Positions 18,554 through 27,257 of a DNA stretch of 64,000 nt are shown one piece after another. Both the position numbers and the translations under genes were made by a program. Numbering within the stretch: the stretch's first letter is position 1; every line of letters starts with the position of its first letter. Under the pieces are notes generated by a model. That model saw only the letters and a list, made by a program, of their open reading frames with translations, ran no database searches and was not told where the DNA came from. Source of the stretch: Acidimicrobiia bacterium (GTDB lineage: Bacteria > Actinomycetota > Acidimicrobiia > Spongiisociales > ZC4RG35); the NCBI GenBank assembly GCA_041747375.1, contig JBGTFH010000048.1, positions 240-64,239 on the forward strand. Direction: 5' to 3'.

Positions 18554-19902
18554 TTAAGGACAACCAAAGTCAACGCCACGCATCCAGCTCAGGGACGGAG
18601 CCTGGAACCCGGATCGATGGGTGGATTACTGCACCGACTGGGGTACGTGGGGTTCTTCCCGCCGAGTTGGAGACGATGTTGCCCGGCCCCGAACTAGGGG
18701 TTGTTGTAGCGGGTGTCGACCGGTCTCGACTCAACGGCTACGAACTGGTGGTCCTGATGGGGGCGGAACGGCGTCAGATAATGTTCTATGAGGCTGCGTC
18801 ATTGGAAACGGCCGCTGCCCTGGCGCACACTCCACCCGGGTTCGCTGGTTCCCCTCCAGAACGGGTCGCTGTGGTGGATGAGTATGCCGCCGATGAGCTA
18901 CGCCCCGCATTGGGGTGGACGAGACGTGCTGCCGATCGTTTCCTTGCTCTTGCGTTGGATGTGACCGAACGATTCCCACTGGTGCTCACCGAGATGAAAC
19001 GGGGCAGGATCGACGCTCCGAAAGCCCGGGTGATCGTGGCCACTCTCACCCACCTGGAGAACCACCAGATCGCAGAAATCACCGGAAACCAGTTGGCAGA
19101 TGCTGCCGAGAAGACTACCGGAGAGCTCGGAGCCCGACTGAGACGGGCGGCGATCACTGTCGACCCGTTGTCGGCTCAGAAACGTTACGAGAGAGGTTTG
19201 AAAGAACGGTTTGTGGAACTGTTCTCCAATGAGGATGGCACCGCCAACCTCACGGCCTACCGGCTCCCGGTATTAGAAGCCAACCGGGCGATGAGACACA
19301 TCAACCAACTCGCCCACAGTTCGAAAACCCGGGGCGACCACCGGAACATCGACCAGCTCAGAGCCGACACATTCTTAGACCTCCTCTGCGGGACCGCTGG
19401 GCCTAACCGCGGCACCGAGGAACGGGCAGGTCAGAACCGTCGGAACACTGTCGACATCAGGGTCGATCTAACCACGCTGGCCAGGCTCGACGACAACCCC
19501 GGAGAAATACCTGGGTGGGGACCCGTCATAGCCGAAATCGCCCGCCGTGCAGCAGACCCCGACCAGATCTGGCAAACCACCATCGTTGACGAATACGGCA
19601 AGATTGTCTCGGTAGGGACCACGCGACGCCGACCCACCCTCAAACAACACCGACACCTCACTGCAGAAACCACCACCTGTGTCGGACCCGGATGCCGGAT
19701 GCCAGCCCACCAAAGCGATATCGACCACAACCGGGCGTGGTCCAAAGGCGGAAAAACCATCCCGGAAAACCTCGGGCCGCTCTGCCGGCATGAAAACCTC
19801 ATGAAAGAAGCAGGGTGGACACTCAAACGCCACCCCGACGGCAGCTATACCTGGACGACCCCACACGGTCACACCTACACCAACGGCCCCGACCCGCCAT
19901 GA
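18547..19902 (+). CDS. DUF222 / 13E12-repeat family protein with a C-terminal HNH signature
   Basis: GRIDAPKARVI, QLRADTFLDL, RRPT, CVGPGC..DIDH..W..GGKT..ENLGPLCRH, WTTPHGHTY motifs. Confidence 0.9.
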   Translation: MFVKDNQSQRHASSSGTEPGTRIDGWITAPTGVRGVLPAELETMLPGPELGVVVAGVDRSRLNGYELVVLMGAERRQIMFYEAASLETAAALAHTPPGFAGSPPERVAVVDEYAADELRPALGWTRRAADRFLALALDVTERFPLVLTEMKRGRIDAPKARVIVATLTHLENHQIAEITGNQLADAAEKTTGELGARLRRAAITVDPLSAQKRYERGLKERFVELFSNEDGTANLTAYRLPVLEANRAMRHINQLAHSSKTRGDHRNIDQLRADTFLDLLCGTAGPNRGTEERAGQNRRNTVDIRVDLTTLARLDDNPGEIPGWGPVIAEIARRAADPDQIWQTTIVDEYGKIVSVGTTRRRPTLKQHRHLTAETTTCVGPGCRMPAHQSDIDHNRAWSKGGKTIPENLGPLCRHENLMKEAGWTLKRHPDGSYTWTTPHGHTYTNGPDPP

Positions 19903-19927
19903 TCGGTCCCGCTTCCCTGATGACCGG

Positions 19928-20869
19928 CTACTCAGCCCACCTCAATACCCGTAATGCCCGCAGGGTGTTCCACCGACTGGGGAAACCGTCGGGGCCTTCC
20001 ATTTCGAGATGGGTTGGCCCCTGATGAGAGTTTTCGAGCGCCCAACGTCCGTTTTTCACACCTTTCTTGGCTACGAGTTCGACTGCTTCAGCGATTCGTT
20101 CGTCAGCCTCAGCCCCAGTCGTTCGGAAGTAGTCGAGGGCGCGGAGCACGTCGTAATACCAGCGGACCGGGAAGGAGAACATGGTGAATCGCGGGTCGAT
20201 GACCTGCCCGGTCGATCGGGTCCGGAACAGTCCTCTCTCGAGAAGGTATTCCTCGCCTTTTCGGCGAGCCGCGGCGATCGCCGTTGAAACAGACCCAGCG
20301 AGTTCCCATTCGAGGAGGCCCTCGAGCACGCAGATCGTGGTGTGAAAGGAGGACACCTCCGCTCCATACTCCGCCCAACAGTTCCAACCGCCGTCGCCGA
20401 GTTGGTCCTCCAGGAGCCTTTCGGCGATGTCGTCGACTTTCTCACCGAAATAGGCACCGTTGGCGAGGGCGATCCCGTTGATGCAGGGTTCGACCTCACC
20501 CTGGAAATACGGGGCGTCGTTGACGTCCCATCTGACATTGTCCCGGACCGACCCATTCAGCGTGGCCGCTTCGGGGCTGGCGGCATCCAGGCCGAACTCG
20601 CGGAGATTCTGCAGTACGAAATGGGTCGCCGTCCACGCATCGAAGAAGGGCTTCGACTCGTCGACCCAGCCCGGACGGTAGGTACCTCCATCCCACCGAC
20701 CGTCGACCTCTTGAAGGGAGATCAACTCGGCTCCCCAACCCTCAGTGGCGACCTTTGATCGTTCAGCCGCGACGACATCGGCTGGCTCGTCGCTGAGGTC
20801 ATTCATCACCTGCCAGCGGATCGACGGGTCGGAATCGAGTAGCCAATCGATTACCTGCGGGTCAGCCAC
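19928..20869 (-). CDS. Prenyltransferase/squalene-cyclase-like alpha-barrel protein, function unknown
   Basis: WLLDSDPSIRWQV, QEVDGRW and QLGDGGWNC (QW-like repeats), PSRWNTLRALRVL. Confidence 0.7.
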   Translation of the reverse strand: MADPQVIDWLLDSDPSIRWQVMNDLSDEPADVVAAERSKVATEGWGAELISLQEVDGRWDGGTYRPGWVDESKPFFDAWTATHFVLQNLREFGLDAASPEAATLNGSVRDNVRWDVNDAPYFQGEVEPCINGIALANGAYFGEKVDDIAERLLEDQLGDGGWNCWAEYGAEVSSFHTTICVLEGLLEWELAGSVSTAIAAARRKGEEYLLERGLFRTRSTGQVIDPRFTMFSFPVRWYYDVLRALDYFRTTGAEADERIAEAVELVAKKGVKNGRWALENSHQGPTHLEMEGPDGFPSRWNTLRALRVLRWAE

Positions 20870-21572
20870 CCGCTCTCCCATCGATGCTTTCGAGTATCAC
20901 CGCTGCCAACTCCTCGGGTTTGGTGAACTGGGGCCAATGTCCCGTCGGGAGGTCGACATACTCGACATCCTCGATGCGAGTGAACTCGATGACCGGGTCC
21001 ATTTCCTGTGCAATCCAGTCCTGAAGCATTTCGGCGCTGAATTCGGGACAGATCATCGTTGTCGGAACTTTGTACCGTTGCTCATTGGACAGCTGTTGGG
21101 GGTCGCCAACCGCACCTGCCGGTGTCGGTATCGCCATAGCCCGGAATGCCGCCAGCCCCGCTTCATCGAGGTCGGCGAGGTCTGATTCGTCGAAATCGGA
21201 CCAGTCAGGAAATGGCACCTCTCCGTTCACCGCCGGATAACCCCCTGCGTTGGGCTGTCCGTGGGCTGAAGGGAATCCTCCGATGTAGATGGCACGGGCG
21301 ACGCGTTCCGGGCGAGCATCGACGGCGGCGTAAGCGAGCCCGGCTCCTGCTGAGTGCCCCACCAAAACGACATCGCCGCCAACTGAGTCGATGACATCGA
21401 CAACAGCGGCGACGTGATCCGCCAGCGTGATTTCCGATCGATCCGACCCGACCGATTCCAGCCCGGGCAGTGTCATCGGATGGGTGGTGTGTCCGGCCGA
21501 TTCGAGTATCGGGATGACCTTGTCCCATGACGAGGCATCGAGCCACATTCCGGGTATCAGAATTATCTGCAT
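20862..21572 (-). CDS. Alpha/beta hydrolase
   Basis: ILIPGMW, nucleophile elbow VGHSAG, TGHWPQF. AGGAG SD before ATG 21572. Confidence 0.88.
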   Translation of the reverse strand: MQIILIPGMWLDASSWDKVIPILESAGHTTHPMTLPGLESVGSDRSEITLADHVAAVVDVIDSVGGDVVLVGHSAGAGLAYAAVDARPERVARAIYIGGFPSAHGQPNAGGYPAVNGEVPFPDWSDFDESDLADLDEAGLAAFRAMAIPTPAGAVGDPQQLSNEQRYKVPTTMICPEFSAEMLQDWIAQEMDPVIEFTRIEDVEYVDLPTGHWPQFTKPEELAAVILESIDGRAGG

Positions 21573-21654
21573 TTGACTCCTCCTATCAGATTCAGGCCAG
21601 CCTATTTGACCATCGGTCTTATCCGCCACACCTCTACTAGCTTTCCACTCCGGG

Positions 21655-23064
21655 ATGGCCTTTAACTCGATCCAATACGCGGTTTTGCTGGCCGTTGTTT
21701 TCGCCCTCAACAGACTCTTACCCCGGCGTGGGCAAAACGTCATGCTGCTGGTGGCGTCGTATCTCTTCTACGCGGCCTGGGACTGGCGTTTTCTCTCCCT
21801 GTTGATCGTCTCCACCCTCGTCGACTTTCTGGTTGGCGGTGCGATGCCCGCCGCCAGCGAAAAGAATCGCAAACGGCTGCTGACCACCTCGATGGTGGTC
21901 AACCTCGGCATCCTCGGCTTCTTCAAGTATTTCGATTTCTTTGCCGACTCTTTCGCCAACCTACTCAATGACCTCGGGTTCAATGCTTCAGTTCCGACGC
22001 TTCAGATCATCCTCCCCGTAGGCATCTCCTTCTACACATTCCAGACGATGTCGTACACGATTGACATTTACCGGCGTCAAATAGAGCCGACGAGGGACCT
22101 CCTGTCGTTCGCTGTCTTCGTCTCGTTCTTTCCACAGCTCGTCGCCGGCCCGATCGAGCGGGCCCGACATCTCCTCCCTCAGTTTGAGCATGATCGCCCG
22201 AGAGTCGGTCGCACGGATATCGGTTCGGGCCTATATCTGATCTTCATCGGCCTCTTTAAGAAGGTCGTTCTCGCCGATGCCGTTGCGCCCGTGGTTGAAG
22301 AGGCATTCTCTAACGCCGCCACGGCGGGGTGGCTTCAACTCCTGATCGGAATTTACGCCTTCTCTTTACAGATTTACGGGGACTTCTCCGGTTACTCCTC
22401 GATTGCCCGCGGTTCGGCCCGGATCCTCGGTATCGACTTGATGGTCAACTTCAACCAGCCCTACCTGTCAAAGAACATCACTCAATTCTGGCGAACATGG
22501 CACATCTCCCTGTCAACCTGGTTGCGGGACTATCTGTACATCCCACTCGGGGGTAACAGGGGCAGTCAGTGGATGACCTATCGCAACTTGATGATCACGA
22601 TGCTGCTCGGCGGGTTGTGGCACGGGGCCGCCTGGGTGTTCGTGTTCTGGGGATTTCTCCACGGGCTTTATCTATCGGTCCACCGTTGGTTGAGGAGGGA
22701 CAGTGAAAACGGGGAACCGGTTCTCCCCGGTTGGCGTGACATCCCGCTTGTCGTTATTACCTTTCATCTCGTCGCTCTTGCCTGGATTTTCTTCCGATCG
22801 ACCTCGATGTCGGGCGCAATCTCCTACCTGGATGGGCTCTTTTCGCTGCGGGCGGGACCGATTCCGTGGGACGACATCTACCTGACTGTCCCGTTGCTCG
22901 CGGCGAGTCTGATACTGGACATCGCCCAACGGGCCGGGCGTTCTCATGAGGCCATCATCCACTGGCCGGCAGTGGCCAAGGGAGTGGCTTACTCCATAGT
23001 CCTGCTTGGCCTTATCATCTTCAGCGGACAGCCAACCGTTCCCTTCCTCTATTTCCAATTCTGA
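21655..23064 (+). CDS. MBOAT family O-acyltransferase (AlgI/DltB-like)
   Basis: LPVGISFYTFQ, FFPQLVAGPIER, QIYGDFSGYS, FWRTWHISLSTWLRDYLYIPLGG, GGLWHGA. Confidence 0.95.
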   Translation: MAFNSIQYAVLLAVVFALNRLLPRRGQNVMLLVASYLFYAAWDWRFLSLLIVSTLVDFLVGGAMPAASEKNRKRLLTTSMVVNLGILGFFKYFDFFADSFANLLNDLGFNASVPTLQIILPVGISFYTFQTMSYTIDIYRRQIEPTRDLLSFAVFVSFFPQLVAGPIERARHLLPQFEHDRPRVGRTDIGSGLYLIFIGLFKKVVLADAVAPVVEEAFSNAATAGWLQLLIGIYAFSLQIYGDFSGYSSIARGSARILGIDLMVNFNQPYLSKNITQFWRTWHISLSTWLRDYLYIPLGGNRGSQWMTYRNLMITMLLGGLWHGAAWVFVFWGFLHGLYLSVHRWLRRDSENGEPVLPGWRDIPLVVITFHLVALAWIFFRSTSMSGAISYLDGLFSLRAGPIPWDDIYLTVPLLAASLILDIAQRAGRSHEAIIHWPAVAKGVAYSIVLLGLIIFSGQPTVPFLYFQF

Positions 23065-24119
23065 TGAGAACAAATCGATCCATCCTCGTCTTCGCCGTGA
23101 TGTTCACACTCCTGGTTGCAGCTGAGGCAGGCGCCCGGATTCTGGAACCGAAGCTGCCGGCTCCCCAGGTATGGGATACACCGTTCGTCCAGGGCAAGGC
23201 AATCCGAATCGAAGAGTTGGGCGATGTCGACATCGCGGTGATCGGGTCATCTATCGCCAATGCGAGCATCGATGTCACCGCAATCGCCGACGCCATCGAC
23301 TGGGCGGACACCGGATACAACGCGTCCAATCCGGGATCGGCCATTCGGGAGTGGGGTGCTTGGGACGAGGACCTGGTCCTTCCTGAGCTGTGCCCCGAAA
23401 TCGTTGTCATCTCGATGGGTCCGAGAGACACCAACGACCACGAACCAAGCGACGAACGTGAGCTGTCGGACTATCTCGAGTCGGAAGGTCGGCGAGGGCT
23501 CTACGGGGGGCAAACGGTGGGGGAGTCGATCGAGTCGTTCTTCCAGGAGAACTTCGCCTTGGTGGCGATACGGGAGAGGCTACGTGAACCCCGCAATCTC
23601 TATCGGTACCTCAACGGTGAATCTATCTCCAGTTGGCAAGCCCGGTTGACCCCCGACGGGCGTTTCCGCGGATTCGATGGGGGCCACTACGTTGACGATC
23701 CCGAACGGGACCGCCGCCTTCGGGAGGGCGAACTTCGCGACTATCAGGTAGGCCCTATCCAGTTCGATTCCCTCAAAGAAATCATCGAAGACGTAAAGGC
23801 GACCGGCGCATATGTGGTGATCGTCGATATGCCGTTGATGAGGGAACAGTTGGCGGCGGCGGTCGTGGACGATGGAGAGCGTGACCTCGACGACTATGAC
23901 AGGGCGCTCAGCGGTCTGGCGACCGCAACCGGGGTGACCGTACTGTCCTATCCGGACATGAATGACAACGGGACGTTCTACGCAGACCTCTATCACATGG
24001 CGTTGCCGGGGACCCGGGAGATCTCCGCTCGAGTGGGCAGGGATCTGGCGGAGCTCTTCCCTCAACGTCCGGAAGTGGAATGTGCCATCCGTCCTCCGTA
24101 TGAGGCGGCCGGCAATTAG
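23064..24119 (+). CDS. Membrane-anchored SGNH-like acyltransferase (AlgJ/DltD-like)
   Basis: N-terminal anchor, VIGSS nucleophile and DLYH (DxxH) motifs; translationally coupled to the MBOAT gene. Confidence 0.65.
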   Translation: MRTNRSILVFAVMFTLLVAAEAGARILEPKLPAPQVWDTPFVQGKAIRIEELGDVDIAVIGSSIANASIDVTAIADAIDWADTGYNASNPGSAIREWGAWDEDLVLPELCPEIVVISMGPRDTNDHEPSDERELSDYLESEGRRGLYGGQTVGESIESFFQENFALVAIRERLREPRNLYRYLNGESISSWQARLTPDGRFRGFDGGHYVDDPERDRRLREGELRDYQVGPIQFDSLKEIIEDVKATGAYVVIVDMPLMREQLAAAVVDDGERDLDDYDRALSGLATATGVTVLSYPDMNDNGTFYADLYHMALPGTREISARVGRDLAELFPQRPEVECAIRPPYEAAGN

Positions 24120-24129
24120 CTCCAGTTCA

Positions 24130-25059
24130 ATGTCTGGCGTGGTCGACCTGGAAGGCGGTGAGTTCTCGATGGGCTCGGATCGTCACTATCCCGACGAGGG
24201 GCCGGCGCGTCGGGTCTCAGTTGACCCATTCTCGATAAACCCGACCACGGTGACCAACGCAGAGTTCGCCAGATTCGTCGCCGCAACGGGACATATCACA
24301 CACGCAGAGATCGCCCCACTCGCTGACGACTATCCCGGGGCCAATCCCGAAGACCTCGTACCAGGTTCGCTCGTATTCAGGATGACACCCGCCAGGGTCG
24401 ACCTCTCGGATTACACCCAATGGTGGGAGTGGACCCATGGGGCCGAATGGAGACGACCCACAGGGCCGGGTTCCGACCTCCATGGCCTCGACGACCATCC
24501 CGTCGTGCATGTTGCCTTCGTTGATGCAGCGGCATACGCCAGTTGGGTTGGCGGACGCCTCCCCACCGAGGCGGAATGGGAGTTCGCCGCACGAGGGGGC
24601 CACGACGCTGCCGAGTTCACCTGGGGCGAAGGGGATCCGCAGGACACCGACACTCCCAAGGCCAACACCTGGCAGGGGGGCTTCCCGTACGAGAATTCCG
24701 AGTTAGACGGTTGGACCCGGACCAGCCCGGTAGGTTCGTTCGAGCCCAACGGATATGGTCTCTACGACATGGCCGGAAATGTCTGGGAGTGGACCTCCGA
24801 TTGGTACAACAAGCCGGCCCGGACGCAGCCAAATTCCTGTTGCGCCCCGAGTCGCCCGCCGATTGAGGCGCAAAGCTACGACCCGGGCATGCCCGATGTC
24901 CCGATCGGCCGGAAGGTTGTCAAAGGTGGTTCACACCTCTGCACCACTCAGTACTGCTTTCGCTATCGACCGGCGGCGAGACAACCACAGATGATCGACA
25001 CCAGCACGAGTCATATTGGGTTTCGGGTCGTGTACGACGCCCAAGAGACGGTTCGCTAG
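24130..25059 (+). CDS. Formylglycine-generating enzyme (SUMF1/FGE)
   Basis: FSMGS, HPVVHV, RLPTEAEWEFAARGG, DMAGNVWEW, KGGSHLCTTQYCFRYRPAAR with both catalytic cysteines. Confidence 0.92.
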   Translation: MSGVVDLEGGEFSMGSDRHYPDEGPARRVSVDPFSINPTTVTNAEFARFVAATGHITHAEIAPLADDYPGANPEDLVPGSLVFRMTPARVDLSDYTQWWEWTHGAEWRRPTGPGSDLHGLDDHPVVHVAFVDAAAYASWVGGRLPTEAEWEFAARGGHDAAEFTWGEGDPQDTDTPKANTWQGGFPYENSELDGWTRTSPVGSFEPNGYGLYDMAGNVWEWTSDWYNKPARTQPNSCCAPSRPPIEAQSYDPGMPDVPIGRKVVKGGSHLCTTQYCFRYRPAARQPQMIDTSTSHIGFRVVYDAQETVR

Positions 25060-25457
25060 GAAACGGCGGGCACGTCTGCCTTGTGGACCGGTGACGTTTC
25101 CATCAGCAAGAAGTCGGTGATGTTTAGAAACCCCGGTGGTCTCGACGTGGTTTCCGGTAGGAGGGCAGAAGCCTCATCCCTCGAAATCATCCGGGGCGAC
25201 TCCAACAAATACCTCTCGCCTTTGAACTCCAATTCAGCCGAACCAGCGGCTAATGCGTTTCGAACCCAGTCGGTTTTCGGGCCGTAGACCATGATGAACA
25301 CGAATCCACCATCCACAGGATGAGCTTCAAGTGGAGTTCGATAACTGGTCCCGGAACGTCGTCCGACATGGTTGATCACCGACCATTTATCTCCCCTGAG
25401 AGCCATGGGATTGAACACATGTTTGTTGATCTTTCCCCACCAGATGGGCATCGGCAT
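25056..25457 (-). CDS. Deazaflavin (F420)-dependent nitroreductase-family oxidoreductase
   Basis: HVGRRSGTSYRTP and YGPKTDWVRN motifs. Confidence 0.8.
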   Translation of the reverse strand: MPMPIWWGKINKHVFNPMALRGDKWSVINHVGRRSGTSYRTPLEAHPVDGGFVFIMVYGPKTDWVRNALAAGSAELEFKGERYLLESPRMISRDEASALLPETTSRPPGFLNITDFLLMETSPVHKADVPAVS

Positions 25458-26491
25458 CAGAGCACCGTCTCGATCTGCACCACTGTTTTGGCACGAGCAT
25501 GAAATTTCCCCTGGTCGCTGATTGCCCCGATGACGTCTTCGAGGCCGATGGTACGTTCGACTGCCGGTTTGACATGGCCGGATTCGACCATTTCACGCAA
25601 AATCAGGAGGTCTTCCGGTGTCGATTTTGCCGTGTTGTTCGTTGCTTTCTGACTCCAGAATATTGACAGGATTTTGGCCCCCAGAATCCTCGGCAACGGT
25701 GCGATCCACTTGCCCTTTTCGCCGGTGACCATCACCAACGCCCCATCCGGTTTGAGTACTGAACGACACTCGCCGAGCGTGCGATTCCCCACGTTGTCGA
25801 ATAGCACGTCGTAAAGGCGATCCGACGAGACGAAATCTTCCCTGGTGTAGTCGATCACATGATCCGCCCCCAGCGACCTGGCTGCATCGACGTTGCCGGT
25901 GCTGCACACAGCTGTGACCTCACTCGCACCGAGGGCACGAGCGACCTGGATGGCAAAAGTGCCCACACCGCCCGATGCGCCGTTGATCAACACTGACTGG
26001 CCCGGGCGGAGCCCACCCCAGTCGCGAATGCCCTGAAGCGCCGTGAGTGCGGCAACACCCAGGGTCGCCGCTTCGGCGAAAGTGATGTTGGACGGCACCG
26101 GTGCCAGTAATCCTTCCCGAACTGAAACGTATTCGGCGAAACCCCCACCCGGAATCTCACCAAAAACCCTGTCGCCGATGACGAGGTTGTGGACGTTTTT
26201 GCCCACTCCGACCACCGTCCCAGAGACATCTGCTCCCGATATCCGTCGTTTCGGAGTACGCAAACCGGAAACCAGGCGAAGAAAGTAGGGGGTCCCGGAT
26301 ACGAAATGCCAATCGAGAGCATTGATCGAAGTGGCGTGGACCCGAATCAACACCTGACCGTCACCAGGCACCGGGATGTCTACGTTCTCGAATGTCAAGA
26401 CATTCTCTGGTTCGCCGTAGGCAGACTGGATGAGAGCCCTCATCTGACTCTTCGTGATCTCTGTGGTGGAATCGGCAGTCGGTAATGTCAT
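25457..26491 (-). CDS. NAD(P)-dependent MDR / quinone-oxidoreductase-like dehydrogenase
   Basis: VLINGASGGVGTFAIQ, LGADHVIDY; no catalytic zinc ligands seen. Confidence 0.9.
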   Translation of the reverse strand: MTLPTADSTTEITKSQMRALIQSAYGEPENVLTFENVDIPVPGDGQVLIRVHATSINALDWHFVSGTPYFLRLVSGLRTPKRRISGADVSGTVVGVGKNVHNLVIGDRVFGEIPGGGFAEYVSVREGLLAPVPSNITFAEAATLGVAALTALQGIRDWGGLRPGQSVLINGASGGVGTFAIQVARALGASEVTAVCSTGNVDAARSLGADHVIDYTREDFVSSDRLYDVLFDNVGNRTLGECRSVLKPDGALVMVTGEKGKWIAPLPRILGAKILSIFWSQKATNNTAKSTPEDLLILREMVESGHVKPAVERTIGLEDVIGAISDQGKFHARAKTVVQIETVL

Positions 26492-26503
26492 GTCTTTCTC
26501 CTT

Positions 26504-26546
26504 CTTACGACGTAAGGAAGATAACCATACAACGTATGGTTGTCAA
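26504..26546 (-). promoter_or_regulatory. Promoter TTGACA-17-TATCTT with two palindromic operators (CTTAC-gac-GTAAG; AACCATAC-aac-GTATGGTT)
   Basis: Read directly: operators at 26504-26516 and 26523-26541; -35 at 26546-26541; -10 at 26523-26518. Confidence 0.75.
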
Positions 26547-26575
26547 CTCTCGGGCGACCTCAGCGCGTGAGCCTC

Positions 26576-27229
26576 TCAAGAAAGCGAGAACGGGGGGTAC
26601 TCATCGGTGAGCAACAAGAATGCGTATGCCTCGACCCGGAGGGCCCAGCGACCCACGCCTACTACAAAATCGAACAGCGGGCGTGGGAACCTCCCGGTAA
26701 ACAAGATCGCAAACCAGGCAATGAAGACAGCCAGTATCGCACCAAGGACGAGGAAGGCCAGGACGAAATAGTGGGGGATTGCCAATAGCATCTTGACGAT
26801 CGGCATCCACCGGTTCAGCTCATTCCGTGCATCGGGATAGTCGAGTTCCAGGTGGACCGACTGCTCCTCGTCCGTTGACGGGTAGCGGTCGGTCAGCAAC
26901 GCCAGGTAGGCGCCGACCCTGGTACCGAACCGGGAGAGTTCCAGGGAGAAGTCAAACCACCATCTCGGGTACTTCTGGCGGAACAGGATCATGAGGGCGG
27001 TGGCGATGAACAATCCCCCCACGATGCCGCCACCAGAGGTGACGATTTCCTCGCCGGTGTCGGTGACGATGGTCGTGCTACCTGTCGCAGTGATCAGCCC
27101 GAGAATCAACGCAATCGGGATCACCCATACCAATCGGAAGAATGTGGTTAAGCGATCCAGCTTCTCGGGATAGTCGATGTCGAGCCGGGCGGCGTAAGCC
27201 CTCCCGGCATCCTGTGGGTTAGCGTGCAT
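26576..27229 (-). CDS. DUF4389 domain membrane protein (internal duplication)
   Basis: Repeated unit: LDIDYP..L.R..., YLALLTDRYP / YAFLLLTDEYPPFSL. Confidence 0.85.
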   Translation of the reverse strand: MHANPQDAGRAYAARLDIDYPEKLDRLTTFFRLVWVIPIALILGLITATGSTTIVTDTGEEIVTSGGGIVGGLFIATALMILFRQKYPRWWFDFSLELSRFGTRVGAYLALLTDRYPSTDEEQSVHLELDYPDARNELNRWMPIVKMLLAIPHYFVLAFLVLGAILAVFIAWFAILFTGRFPRPLFDFVVGVGRWALRVEAYAFLLLTDEYPPFSLS

Positions 27230-27257
27230 TTTCTCGCCTTTCTCTTAAGTTTTCGGT

